From: the human T2T-CHM13v2.0 reference genome, Homo sapiens
Assembly: GCF_009914755.1 (NCBI RefSeq)
Contig: NC_060935.1
Strand: one strand, 5' to 3'
DNA length: 64,000 nucleotides
The notes beneath the pieces were generated by a model. It did no database searches and was not told the origin of the DNA. It saw nothing but the letters and a program-made list of their open reading frames with translations. This document shows positions 1 through 16,769 of this stretch, one piece after another (position 1 is the stretch's first letter; every line of letters begins with the position of its first letter). The translations under genes were made by a program, and so were the position numbers.

Positions 1-292
1 ATAAAATGATATATATCTTTCCATTTGGAAAGGTTTCATTTAATTTATCTCAACAATATTCTATAGTTTGCTGTATAGAGTTCTGAGATAACACATAGGG
101 TAGAGCTGTCAACTCAAACTCACATGAATCAGATCTTATTTAATGGCAAACATTCCTAATAATTCCAAGGATACAAGACTCAGGCAAAGCATTCTTCCTT
201 TGGAGAAATCCAAAACCATCAGCACAGCTCCCCAAAGATTCTTCCTCTTTTGTTTCAGGACATGGTCTGGTTCAGATTTAACATTTGATGTT

Positions 293-2255
293 ACAATTGC
301 AGCAATTCAGTCCCGTCTTCAGGCTGCACAGGTAATTCTTGTTCTTTTGCTATTTGTGGTGACTTCCTCTATTGGAGTCTTGAATTCCACAAAGTCGTCC
401 ACTGAGGGTTGGAATCCACTTTTTCCAAAATCCAGCTAATGTTGATATTTTGACCTCCTCCCATGAATTAAATATTCTTAATGGCATCTAGAATGATAAA
501 ATATTTTTAGAGGTTTTTAATTTACTTTGCTTAGGTCCATCAGAAGAATCATTATCTGTGGCAGCTATAGTTTAACAAAATGTATTCCTTAAATAATAAA
601 ACTTGAAAGTCAATATTACTGCTTGATCCACAAGCTACAGAATGGATATTATGTTAGCAGGCATACAGATAATATTCATATCTTTGTACATCTTCATTGG
701 AGCTCTTTGTATGACTAGATGCATTGTAGATGAGCAGAAATATTTTTAAAGGAATCTTTTTTTTTTCTGAGCAGTGGGTCTCAACAGTGGGCTTAAAATA
801 TTCAGTTAACCATACTGTAAACAGATATGCCATCATTCAGCCTTTGTTTTTCTATTTCTAGAACACAGGTAGAGTAGATATAGCATAATTTTTAGGGATT
901 TTAGGATTTTTTAAATCCCCTTTAAGTGATCTTAGGAATTTTAAAGGTATCTTTTTTTTCTGAGTGGTGGGTCTCAACAGTGGGTTTAAAATATTCAGTT
1001 AACCATACTGTAAACAGATGTGCCATCATTCAGTCTTTCTTGTTCTATTTCTAGAACACAGGCAGAGTAGATATAGCATAATTTTTATGCATCTTGGGAT
1101 TTTTAAATCCCCTTTTAGGGATCTTAGAATTTTTAAATCCCCTTTAAGTTGAGCATTGGTGTCAACTTAAAATCAACAGCTACATTAACCCCTAACAAAA
1201 GAGTCAGTTTGTCCTTTGAAGCTTTGAAGCCAGGAATTAATTTCTCTCTAGCTATGAAAATACTAGATGGCATCTTCTTTCAATAGAAGGCCATTTTAGC
1301 TACATTGAAAATCTGTTTTTTAGCGTATCCACCTTCATCAATGATCTTAGCTAGATCTTCTGGATAACTTGCTGCAGCTTCTACATCAGCACATGTTGCT
1401 TCATCTTGTACTCTTACGTCATGGAGATGACTTCTTTCTTGAACCTCATGACCTACCTCTGCTAGTTTCAAGCTTTTCTTCTGTAGCTTCCTCATCTCTC
1501 TAAGGCTTCACAGAATTGAAGAGAGTTAGGGCCTTGATGTAGATTAGGTTTTGACTTAAGAGAATATTGTGGTTTGTTTGAACTTCCATCCAGAACGCTC
1601 AAACTTTCTCCATATCAGCAATAAGGCTGTTTTGCTTTCTTATTATTCATGTGTTTACTGGAGTAACACTTCTAATTTTCTTCAAGAACTTTTCCTTTGA
1701 ATTCATAACTTGGCTGTTTGGTACAAAAAGTCTTGATTTTGGCCTGTTTAGCTCTCAACATGCCTTCCTCACTGAGCTTAATTATTTCTAGCTTTTGACT
1801 TAAAGGTGAGACATGTGAGTCTCCCCCTTTCACTTGAACACTTAGAGGCCATCATAGGGTTATTAATTGGTCTATTTTAATGATGTTGTGTCTCACGGAA
1901 TAGGAAAGCCAGAGGAGAGGGAGAGAGATGGGAGAGTGACCAGTTGGTGGAACAGTCAGCACATACACATTTATCAATTAAGTTTGCTGTCTTACATGGG
2001 CATGGTTTATGGTGCCCCAAATAATTTCAATAGTGACTTCAAAGACCACCAGTTACAGGTCTCCATAACATATATAATAATAATGAAACAGTTCGAAATA
2101 TTGTGAGAATTACCAAAATGTGATACTGAGACACAAAGTGAGCACAGGCTGTTGGAAAAATGGCACCAATAGACTTGCTCTACATGGGGTTGCCAGAAAC
2201 CTTCAATTTGTGAAAAAGCACAATAAAGCAGGTGCAATAAAATGAATTATGCTTG
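293..2255 (-). mobile_element. Tigger1 DNA transposon (pogo/TcMar), 3'-truncated, decayed transposase
   Basis: The - strand begins TA|caagcataattcattttattgc... (Tigger1 left TIR plus TA). ORF fragments at 1280-1495 ([19 protein letters not shown]) and 654-836 (WLTEYFKPTVETHCSEKK) are Tigger1 transposase. No right TIR seen. Confidence 0.93.
744..1147. repeat. ~195-bp tandem duplication inside Tigger1
   Basis: ttttaaaggaatc...gatcttaggaa (744-938) is repeated from 939, and a short gggattttt(t)aaatcccctt unit recurs three times. Confidence 0.92.
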
Positions 2256-3832
2256 TATTTGACTCATAATTATTTCCTGATCATTTATCTTTTTCTCTAA
2301 GCCTTTTTCTTATCATGAGCCTTTTATTTCAAAATATTCTCACTGAATATAAATTCTCACAATTGTGACTTTAAGTTGCACATAAGCTACAGATTCAGCT
2401 CAAATTTTTATTTCTTCATGAAACTTTTATAGATTGTCAGCTCCATGATCTCTTCTGTCTATACTATCCTTACTAGCCACAATAGCGGCCATATTATTCA
2501 ATATTCTTCATATTTATGAGACTGCCAACACCAAACAGCAAGTATATGGTGGACATGGTTACAGCCCAAATTGTTCGACTCAGCCCAGCAGTCCTCCCAA
2601 TAGAATCCTAGTGCTTCAGTGATATCCTTCACATTCATTAGATACAGGCCATCAACTGGCCCAATAGGAAGCTGATACTGACCTGAAGTTCAAGGGAAGC
2701 ATGCACAGTAAGGAATGAGGAGAGAGGAATTCTTGCGTTTGTGTATAAAAATTAAGCTTTATCTTCTAAGGCACAAACAAAAAGCCTGAGAATGAAGCAA
2801 CTTTTCTTCTTCCAAACCTGAGGAATGCACTTTTCCACCTGGTCTGGGAAGAAAAGGGTTTATGATTTCCTCACTAGCGAGAAGAAAAGCCAGTCACTTA
2901 TCAGAATTGAAGATAATCCTTTTCATTTTGATAAGCACCTGGTCTTTAGCTGCAGAATTCTGTCCTTTACTCTCCTATTAAACAATTTTTTAAATAAAAT
3001 CACATTATCCTAATATGTGGGATTGTTTGGCTCTCCACCTTAAGCTCAGTTCTGCAGCTTCCTTTTTAACAATCATGTCAGTGATTGACTGGAAAAGGAA
3101 GCAGGATACAGAAGCAGCTTATAGGCATGCTGATACAGCTCTCATAAATGGTGGAGTTATCAAGATTTAATCACAAAACATCTATAATGAGGGTTTTAGA
3201 AAGCCTATTCATAGGTATGAATCTTTCTTCACTAGACTGTCTTATCAAATGCTGCAGGAGCACTGAGGAGACTATATTTATGGCTCATTAATAAAGATTG
3301 TTTCTAAAATGCATGTATTTTACATAGTCATGAAGATGAGGGGATTTTTAAAGGAACTATATCATTGAAAACGATTGATGTGTCTGAACAGCAATGATTC
3401 CATTCTTAACTCAACTGAGATCTTATATTTGAATAATTCCTGCAAGTATATCTTCTCTGCAAATATATTTTTGATTGGTAATAAATAATACTAGATATTT
3501 AGTTTTTGGCTTACAGAATAATCTGATATGATCCTCTGTCCTTTATATATGGTCTTGATTGGCATTCCAAATATTCATCTTGAGAAATTACAAAAGAAAT
3601 TGTCTGACATGCCACCTGAGGGGATAATGTGAAGAAACTGCAGACAGTGGATACAACAGCCACTCTAGCAGACAGGGAATGTGAGAAAAGTACACTTTTT
3701 CTCTGTGTTTGGGAGCAGTGACAGGAATTTCTTTTCTATTTTCTACATCCTTTATCAAAAACGGATCCAAAAACCCCTCAAAAATTTCTGTTTAACAGTT
3801 TGTAGAATGGTACTATTAAAAATTCTTTAACC

Positions 3833-3964
3833 AGCCAGGCGTGGTGACTTCCCCTATAATCCCAGCACTTCGGGAGGCTGAGGTAGGCAGATCACTTCAC
3901 CCCAGGAGTTCAAGACCAGCTTGGGCAACATAGCAAGACCCCCATCTATTAAAAATAAAAAAAA
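3833..3964 (+). mobile_element. Alu free left monomer (FLAM_C-like)
   Basis: Single Alu left arm with an A-tail and degenerate TSD aaaa(t)tcttta on both sides. Confidence 0.85.
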
Positions 3965-4149
3965 TCTTTACAAACATTTTCCAAAGCTGTGTGAATTCTG
4001 AAGAAGAATATTTCCAAGTTAAAAAAAAAATCATTGATCTTGCTATTTGACTATCAGGCTATCAGGCTATTAATAATCCCTGTTACATTTTTTTACCATT
4101 CCTGCGATTACTACTGCTGTCATACTACCTATACGACAACTGCCAGCCG

Positions 4150-4370
4150 TCATCATTGGGGATTCAGCATGTTACCAATGTGCTTTACATGCATTATCTC
4201 ATTTAATCCTTGTAATACAGGGAGTAGGCATATTATGGCCCATTGATATGTAAGAAATCAGAGATTTAGGTAATTTAACTAACTTACGTAATGTAAGCTA
4301 GGTAAAAAATGGCAGTGCCAGGGTTTGAACTAATGCATTCTAATTCAAAACCCTTACTCACTCATATATT
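4150..4370 (-). mobile_element. MIR SINE fragment
   Basis: tgctttacatgcattatctcatttaatcct and ggcagtgccagggtttgaac are MIR reverse-strand motifs. Confidence 0.7.
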
Positions 4371-4685
4371 CTGCTTCTAATCTGCTATGGGGTTGAAAGC
4401 CAAGTGGTCAAGCTTATTAGAATCGTGTCTAAATGTGAAGTATCTAAGTGCTGCATTAGGTTTAAGAGAGTCTCCTGAAAGGAACATTTCTAATCTTTAG
4501 AGAACTGGTTTTCAGCCACTGTTGGGGAAGGCAGAATTATTAGAGCTATGAAACTATACACATTATATACATATATATATATTTTCCAATACATAGATTA
4601 CTATAAATGTGTGTATTTAAAGATACCAACTGATTTAAATGTGTGAAAGAATTTGTAATCTGTTTTATTTATTGTGGAAGAAAAC

Positions 4686-4955
4686 ACAGTTTAGCAATGT
4701 GGTTAAGTACAGAGACTCTGGAGCCCAGGACTGCCTGGGTTCAAACCCTGGCTCTGTCACTTTCTAGCTGGGTGGTCTTGCTTAAGTTACCCAATCTCTC
4801 TGCCTCTCAGTTTTCTCATATGTAAGATGAATTCAACAATAGTAAAGATAAACTTATTTTATCTTCACTAACCTCTTGGAGCATTGGTGAAGTTAACATA
4901 AATTAAGATTTGTGTAACACTTAGAATACTTTGCAGTTTCCATAGTAAGCACTTT
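4686..4955 (+). mobile_element. MIR SINE, near full length
   Basis: tRNA-derived head gtggttaag...ctgggttcaaaccctggctctgtcac and core cctctcagttttctcatatgtaa. Confidence 0.85.
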
Positions 4956-5846
4956 GTGGTTTCTTGGAAGCCAAATGCTAACTACAAACCATCTCTAGGA
5001 GGTCTGCAACTAATTTTTGGATTAGCTTGAAAATGGTGAGCACCACTGCTCTAGAACAGATGCACTGAGACATCTTGTTGGTTGTTTCAGAGACCCATTT
5101 GGCATCCTTCTAGATTATTACTTGTGCTTTTCATAAGTTCTCAGTGCTGGGCATATATCCTATATAAAAGTGAGATGCTATTCAACAGTGTGTTAGAAAT
5201 TCAGAGGCATATAATTTGTACTTGGATGCTGAGTCAAAGTCAATAAAAATGATACCATCTCTGGAGATTAACATTTAATGTAAAGGCAACATTATAGACA
5301 TAGTTTAAACACCATGGACAAAGAGAAAATTTAAGGAAATATATTTTTCTGTTTCTACTGTTTTATTTTCATGTTTGGAGAAGCAGACTATTATTCTCAT
5401 TTTCTTTTGTTTCATGAAAAAAATGAAAAACCCAGCTTATATAATGTAGTTATCCCCTGCTTATACATACATATAAAAATAATTCTCTCATCAAGTGAAT
5501 TTTGAACTCAGACTCTCCATTAATTGCTATTTTTCTTCTCAAATGGAAACTGGTCTATGACTTGAATGCTTTTTGATAAGTCCTTGAATTTATTTGTATT
5601 CAGAGATTCTGTTGCAGTCTGCTAAAAGCCATTTCTTGGCAGGCTTGGGTAATTGCAGATGAAAAGGCTCCAAGAATAATTTTTTCCCTACAGGAAAGTG
5701 AGAAGGGATACTGCTGACACTGGGTAGAAAGAGCCCAACCCAGGCAAATAAGAGAATAATTAAAGGCCCAAGAAACTATTTGACAATATCACATCTCATG
5801 CAAATTAGAGGAACCTAGGATTTTTTTTTTTTAAAAAACCCTCACT

Positions 5847-5849
<3 letters not shown>

Positions 5850-5881
<32 letters not shown>
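5850..5881. repeat. (AC)16 microsatellite
   Basis: Seen directly. Confidence 0.97.
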
Positions 5882-5882
<1 letters not shown>

Positions 5883-6354
5883 AGTGCAAATTTGGAGCAG
5901 GAAAAAAAACTCAAGGCTGCACGTCACTCAGACATTAGCATCCCAAAGCCTGAGTACTGAGGCATCATTTTGTGCAAACTTCATTTGGGTGAATTGAGTG
6001 TCCGATGGGATTCGTTCACGGAGCCTGAACAATAAGTGGGAACTCGGGGAGGTGAGACAAAGAAAATGCTAAACACTTTCTACTTTCATTTTTTCTCACA
6101 TGAAAGAACAACACACTCGTCTTTGATACAGGAAAGGAAAACAAAAAATTGTGCATTTGATGTACATTATAAAAAGATGTCTCCTTGTGTGGGTGGGGGA
6201 ACACCAAAAGGGATAGTCCCAACACCACCATTGTGTCTTCTGTTATTCTTTACATTATATTTTGTGGCTATAAGGATACCATCCTCAGTGTCAAAAACAA
6301 TGGTGAAATACTTCCAAACAATTTCTTCAAGACATCACCAAAAAGCTTCCTTTC

Positions 6355-9373
<3,019 letters not shown>

Positions 9374-11259
9374 AAAAAAAAAAAAAAAAGTTTTCATCCT
9401 TATAATAACATAGATGTTGTTGGCAAGCCCTCTGTATGGCCCAATGATTACATAGTAAGTAGTCTACTACATTTTCTTCCCTCCAGCAAAAATAAACCCT
9501 GGGAATTTCAAGTGACTTTGAGATGTTGTTTCTCCATTGTGTTTCCTACCCAACTATCCATTGTCTTAAATTTAAGGGGCCATGCCAGATATCATAAGAT
9601 GAAATTGTCCAGGGTAGCGTTGTGATTATATTTGGACATAACTTTACCTAACACCGAGGAAAAAGCAACCAGTCATTTTATTTAGGAATCCTTTACCTCA
9701 TTTTTTTTGGCTTTTTATTTTCAATGTTGTATTGTGATATAATTATCAGATATTCTGAAGAAATTATAAGTAATAATGATATAATATTTAAACTTAAGAA
9801 AAATTATTTGAGCCAGAAAAGAGGTTGTGTTTTTAGAGAAAAGGAGTACAGTGGTTGTTTTGCTGATAGTTGTGGTTTTGGAAAGATTGTGGGTTGTCCA
9901 GATGACAGTGCTAGAACAGTGTTCTTAAGTCGAGTGTGAGAACTGGAAATTCATTCTGGGTCATTCAAAGTCACTGGAGAATTGTTATCAGACATTTTAA
10001 AATTGCTTCCAGACTAATCACCATTGCCATCATTTTTATTATCACATACTTAGGGAAAATTTCACAATCTGCGTGGCTTTCACAGCAGTGCAAGAAATAT
10101 TTACAAGGCCAAGTGATCCTATTCACATGAGAAATTGTTAAATGAATTGTCTTCATTGATGAAGTATCTGTTTAATCCATTAAAGGTACATAATCATAAA
10201 TAGAAGATCATGTTAAAAGTGCCAGCAAGGCACCTCTACTACAACACAGGTTTTTTTTTTTTTTAAAGCCTATAAGAAAGGTTCATGGCCAAGAGACTTT
10301 CATAGTTTGTATATAGAAAAGTATTTTTAAAGTTATAATAATTAACATGGTAATTAAATTTAAATTAATGAAAGGCAGATCAATTTCTAGGGGTAAGTAA
10401 AGCAACATCTTGTTGGTAGTTAAAGGAAATATATGATACACATATCTTATACAATGATGGTGAAAAGCAACATAAAGATCTGAATAACACTGAATATAGC
10501 CACGATTCTGCTCTGGTTTATGAAAGGATGTTAACCTTGAGACTTTTAGAATTGGAAAAAATAAAAAATACCCGGAAGAGCAGAGGACAAATAATAGGAA
10601 TAAAAGTCTTTTTCTTGAGTTTCTTTAGTTTGTAAGATGTTCTTTATCATTTCTCACCTGGGTATTAAGTCTTATGTCAAGCTGAAGAGCTACTAGAAAG
10701 AAGAAAACGAAAAAAAAAAAACCAGCTTTTCAAAAGAGCAAGTTTATTGTGTACATCTGAACACTATTTTGTAGGTGTCAAATTACAACGACGATAGCAT
10801 ATGAAAGTAAACCTTCAGAAAATATGAACTTTTCCCAATCCTCAGAATTGAAGGAAAATTGATATGCTTTCACCTTGAGTACTGAAAACAAATTCCCATT
10901 CCCTCTTTTTCTGTCTCCCTCGCTCTCACGCACACACAGGTGCATACACACCACTGTGGATAATTCCTTCTCTTTTTAGCTTGCATTGTATCCTGTAGGC
11001 TACTGTTTCCTACTTGCTCATGATCAGAACACAGCTATAATTTTCACTTTACATTTTGCATTTACAGAGCATTTAATATATTTTAAAGCCTTCATAAGTG
11101 TATTTCCTTTAATGCCCATAATACATATCTTATAGGGCTGAAAATGTTGACCTAGTTCACAGTCAACAAAAGAGAAATAACTTGTGCCTCCCACAAGATG
11201 CAGGGTCCTCCAACAGATCATATAAGTGAAAGGAAAATCTGTACTTTGGGATTCATGTT

Positions 11260-12190
11260 TATGAGATGATTCTCAGATTTCTATTCGAAACCTCCTTCCT
11301 GGGCTCCCGGAGAGGCCCATCCTTAGAAATGTGTTCCATGTGTATGTTTCATTTGCACTTGACTCGTGTACCTAAACCTCAATGATTCTCTCTTCACCTC
11401 TGGTTTCCATGCTGTTTAATTTGTGGCACCTTTCTCCCTAGAATCCAGATAGAAACCTCAGATTCTTCTTGGTTCTTACTCTTCGTTCTTTTTCACATTT
11501 TATCCAATCAGTTGCCAAATCCTGCAGATGACATGTTTTCTTTACAAAACACCTTGACTTGATTTCCTCATTATCATTCCCACCACTCCCTCCTACCATC
11601 TAGGTGCTTGTTGCCTCTCCCAAAGGTTGCAGTAAGCAGTATCTTCAACATCTTTTCTCCTATTTCAGGACATCCACATGCTGCTGAACACTCTCCTAAT
11701 CAATACCTTCAGCATCTCTCCATCAGTGACAGAGTTAAGCACATGGTCCTCATCCTCCTGATCAATACTCTAGCTTATCTTTTCTTCAGGCTGAACTATA
11801 CGTACCCTAGCCATCTGTCAGACTGCAATCCTGGCTTTCCTAAAAACATACTCTCCTGTGTCTTTCTTGTCCTCTTTGCCCCTGCTCTGTGTGTGAATTA
11901 ACCTGCCGAACTCCACTGCCCAACTTCTCCTGTGGAAATCGATTCCAGCCTCAGAAACCAGTTTTAAAGGCCAGGCCCTCCATGAAACCTCTGCCTATCC
12001 TCCACTGGACCCCTGCCACACTCTCTCAATTCCTCTCCAATTGTAAATTCCATCTTATTACACTTATTTGTGTGGATGTCTTCTCCTTCATTCTAGATTG
12101 CAAGCTTCTTATAAATTTGCCATTATATTTTCCCAGGCATCCAGGACTGAGAGTTCTATATAATGGAGATTGCATACTGATGTAATTAAA
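11260..12190 (+). mobile_element. L2 LINE 3' region, highly diverged
   Basis: atccaatcagttgccaaatcctg, ccctccatgaaacctc and ctagattgcaagcttct resemble L2. Confidence 0.65.
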
Positions 12191-12839
12191 GTAAGTTGAA
12201 TTAAAATAGAGGTAGCATTGAACATTTTATTTTTATTTTACTGAATGGAGTCACTTTTCTCTTTGCTTCCAAAAAGCGCTTCAGAAAGGGCTGCTTCACT
12301 GGTACTAATACACATCTTTTAGTTTCCACAGAAGATTATTATGTTTGAGTATATATAGAGAGTTGGGTGAAGCTGGGCTATCAGTTATGTCAACAAAGGG
12401 CAGGAAAACATTACAAATGTACATACCAGTTTCTATCATCAGCAGATATTCATTTGTTAACACTATTAATCCAAACATACTATGTAATGTAAACCATTAA
12501 TTAGTTTTGAACTAGAACCAAATAGAAATAAAAGTAAAGCAATCATCAAATAGAAAATCTACAAATAGAAATAGAATTAAAGCAATCATCAAGGTATTTT
12601 TTCTGTTACTATGGCTAAAAGTTTAGTTTTTACCTATGGTAACAATTTGCTACTTTTAATGCTAGAGAGCAATTTTACAATAGTTTACATACCATTCATT
12701 TATTCATTCTTCTTATTATTTCAGATTTCTATATAATATTGGGCAGGGGAGGAGTTGGGCAGTAGAGTTTGGCAGGTAAACTCACCAACAGAGCAGGAGC
12801 AGAGAGGCAAGAAAGACACTTCAGAGTATATTAACTCTG

Positions 12840-13380
12840 TCATTGATGGAAATATTTATTGGGTAACTGGCTATAGGAGATGAAAAATGATCTCTATTTT
12901 TGCTTTCAAGTCTACTATAGCTTCATGGAAAGACATACTTCAAGGCCACAATAAGACATGTTAAATTCTCTGTGGATGCATAAGTACTCAAGGAACTGTG
13001 GTTTTATGGGAGAAGGAACATGTATGTTTCCCCAGGAAAGACAGAAAACCTTTCAGAAATGCTGAAACATTTGAGTGAAGAACTAAAAAATTTCTAGTCT
13101 ACCACATGGGCAAGGGAGGTAACAGAATTCTGAGGAGAGGGAATGCATTTGAAAAGGCATAGGGTGGTGAGGTGCCATGTATACTTGGAAGTGATGGCCC
13201 TACATATCTGTTACCTGAGCGAGGAAGAAAGGCAGGACATGAATGTCAGCAGATAAACTGAGCCAGCTCGCAGAAAGCCTAGTACTCTCTGCTAAGACCT
13301 TTGGGTTTTATTCAGGCCTCAAGGTATGGAAAGATTCCAGCAAGAGGATGCTTTCAATTTTATTGTAGAATCAGCACTGT
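12840..13380 (-). mobile_element. L2 LINE fragment
   Basis: Purine-rich L2 reverse-strand pattern (aaatatttattg...ttgctttcaag...gaattctgaggagagggaatgcatttgaaaaggcatag). Confidence 0.55.
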
Positions 13381-13619
13381 ATGATATTCGGGCAACAGGG
13401 CAAAAAGCTGTGAATGAATGAGCTCACATCTTAGCAGTACATCAATGAACAGTTCATTACCATTACTGGTGGGTCAGTAGCATCAACAGATAACTCTTTA
13501 CTCAGGATATAGAAAAGGATTTCCAGCAAAATCAAAGCTTTAAGGCAGAATGGAATAAGTTATATCAAAGTGACATTCAGTCATTTTTAAAAGTCTGAGA
13601 AGATTCAAGGATTTATCAC

Positions 13620-13957
13620 AGCTGGACTATGTAGAATTCATCCAGATGGGTAAATATCTGTCTGTCCCAGTTGAGGTCAGAGGAGGAAATGCCACAACCA
13701 CGGGTTTGCAACATTACACAGACCTCAGTCTGGCAGTCCCTTTGGTCTAGCCTAAATTTTTTTTCTTAAAGTTTAAGCTCATTTCCTCCTTTCCATCCTT
13801 GGGGAAAGTAAAGAACAGATGGTCATAAACCACCAGATAGTGACCCTTTATAGACTGGAGAAACATATTAAATCATCTCTCAGCCATCACTTTCCTGGGC
13901 AGAACAATAGAAACTCCCTATCAGTTCTAGTCTTAGATTTGTTGTTCTAAATCTGTA

Positions 13958-14012
<55 letters not shown>

Positions 14013-14480
14013 GACTGGACAGCTCTTTCTCACTTTGCTTAGATGCTCATCCACAAACAGAATGCGAGCCTTCAATAAATATATAATTATTTATTGAATC
14101 TAAGTGCATTGGAAGCATTTCTTCTGGGGTCACTGATCCTGTAAATATAGTTGAGTGTCATATTACATTTAAAAAAACAGCAGCAGCAGCATGTTACTGA
14201 CTGCCATCTTGAGATGACTAAGAATTCTACATCCTTTTAGAATTCGTGTTGGACCAATCTTTCCATCTCATGACTGTCAATTCTAAACTCTTCTTCTGTG
14301 TAAATTGCAGTATTTTGCATCACTTCTTTGAATGCCTCTGGCCCTTGCATGTGAACCTTATTTTTCTCCATTTCTGGCCATTTTTCTACTTCGTTGACAT
14401 TGCATGACAATTGTTATTTTACCTTATATTACAGCCAGAAGTAATTCAGATTTTCTGCAGCTCTGCACATCTAAAGATTT
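13620..14480 (-). mobile_element. L3/CR1 LINE relic
   Basis: Weak similarity to the CR1 3' ORF2 region (gacccttta...attaaatcatctctcagccatcactttcc...; ttgcagtattttgcatc). Confidence 0.5.
13961..14008. repeat. (GT)24 microsatellite
   Basis: Seen directly. Confidence 0.97.
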
Positions 14481-16769
14481 TACAACTCTTTGCCCTTTTG
14501 AAAGTATCTTGGATTTCTCTCTATATTAGGCTTCTCTGGAGCAGGCAGAGACATCTGGGAAAGGCTATCCCTGCCCCATCCAACATACTCACTTCCAAGC
14601 TCCGCAAAAGAAACAGGGATGATTGAATAATGGCATTTATTGAACACTTGCTTTGGGCTGGACATTGGGATGGGCAGAGCCATAACCTGAACAATCTCAT
14701 GGCTGCTCTTCGGGAACTCACAGTACTGGGCTGGAGGGACTTTACAGGGACTGGACACAGCTGGATATCTCTGCAATTTGAAAATTAGATGATTATGTAA
14801 GATGGGGTATTATTCTCAAAGTTAATTGGGGAGCAATAAAATGTTAGATTTTTACCTATATTACCTCCCAATAGGTTTAAGTGCATGCCTCCTTACTGGG
14901 TTTGTTAAGAACCATAATTTAAAAATAATTTAAACTTTCTAAGTATTCTCTTCCCATAAAATCAGTGCTTAATAACGTATTTTAACTAGAGGCTAGTTCT
15001 GGGTGGAAATAGTTGAAATATGCTAAGAAATCTGAGAGCCCCTATTTGACTATTAACTAAGTGTTGAAAAAAAAACCTAAACAAAAACAAAATGCATCCT
15101 TTTCTTTTAGTCCCTCATCCCTTAAAATCTCTCAGGATCCTTGTAGGTTCAAACATCTGAAAAGATGATTGGTCTGTGGGAAGAGAGCATTCACCCTGGT
15201 CTTTCATTCACATGACCATCATTTCCAAGTGGACAGTGAGATCTACTTTTCCTTTCCCTGAGAGCTTAGTATGAAATAGGCAGGCACTGTTCAACAAACT
15301 TGCACCTATAGCCAAAATTTGTGTCCAACAGAAACCCATTTACATGAGAGGCTGAGAAGTTTCTTAGCCAAGAACTCCTTCTAAGGAAAGATGAGTCGGA
15401 CACCAGAGTTTTGATCTGATAATCAAGTATCGGGGCTGAAGGGAAGTGATAATTCTAACTACAGAGGAGTTGTCTTTGACCTGGAGCTGTTTCTAGTCTT
15501 ATCTGATGAGGCCGTGTCTGGATTCTAGGAAAGGAGGGAAGAGTAAATAAAATTCTAAAGCGTTAAGTCATTAGAAAAATCTCCAAAAATTTAAGTGTAA
15601 GCAGACTTGAGTATTCTCCTAACAAAGCCTAACAGGAAGGGGAAAAAGACAACAAAACTATTACTGCAATCTCAATTAGACGAGAAGTTAGTGGGCCCCG
15701 GAGAAACTGGGTAATCCATAATCATGTCATTGACCTGTACTACAGAATCTGAGGCAGGTATGATTAACCTCATTTTATGGATGAGGTTTAGGAAGTGACC
15801 CTTAGCATGTATGCCACCCCAGGGGGACACCTTTCTTTGTATTCTATGAGAATTGTACCCCCTACATCACAACTGGGAGTGCTAGACTTGGCATCTAGGT
15901 CTGGACACTTCTGAGTTTATCCTGTTAAGCAGCCACCTGGATTTAAGCCACCCCATTCTTCAGGAGCGAACAGACCCAGAGAGCTGACCAGGACTTCACA
16001 ATCGATGGCTCTGTAGGATATTTGTCAAGTTGATTCTACCAAGGAAGTTCTCTATTTCCTGTGGTCCTGGTGAGATTTTTATCCTCCCCTAGGTGCTGGG
16101 CTTTTGTTCCAGGACATCTCAGCCTTGAGCTTTGTTTGCTTGTTTACTTCCTCTCCTGCATCCTTGTTGAGGTTCCCAGCCACATTTTTCCCCTCTGCTT
16201 ATTTATTCCAGAGCAACTGCCTGTGTCATTTCCTTTATCTCTGGCATGTCCCTTGGTTAGTGCTGGTGTTTCTTTTCTTTTCTTTTTTTCCCCATTGCCC
16301 AGGGCACTGTGAACAGTTGGCTGTGGTGTAGGATTTACAGACCTGTGCTATGAGATGTACAGACCTGTGCTCTGTACAGACCCAGGAAACGTTGGAGTAC
16401 AGTGGGCTGACAACAGGGGGGCGCCAGCTGGGGAAGGCAACAGGCCTTAGTTCTTGAACAAAAATAGGCCAGAGATTCTGCTACAACTGGCCAAGATTCC
16501 GCCCATCTCAATGAAAGGAAACAGACATTCCCACATGCCCACGAGCTTTGAATGTGTATTTGGCTCCCTCAATAACTCCAGTGCACATTCCCACCCGGTC
16601 ACTTTTCGCCCACGTTGTTATTGCTGCTGCTGGTTTTTTTTTTCTTTTTAATAAAGGTCACATTTTATTAGAGATAAGAATAACTTAACAATGAAACTCT
16701 TGGTTCATCTGTTCTTCCAGTGCTTTTGTGTTCAGCTTAACATCTTCTAAACAGACATTTAAAAATGAT

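Noticed and set aside
4686-4760. tRNA-like A/B boxes
   Set aside because: This is the tRNA-derived head of MIR, not a tRNA gene.
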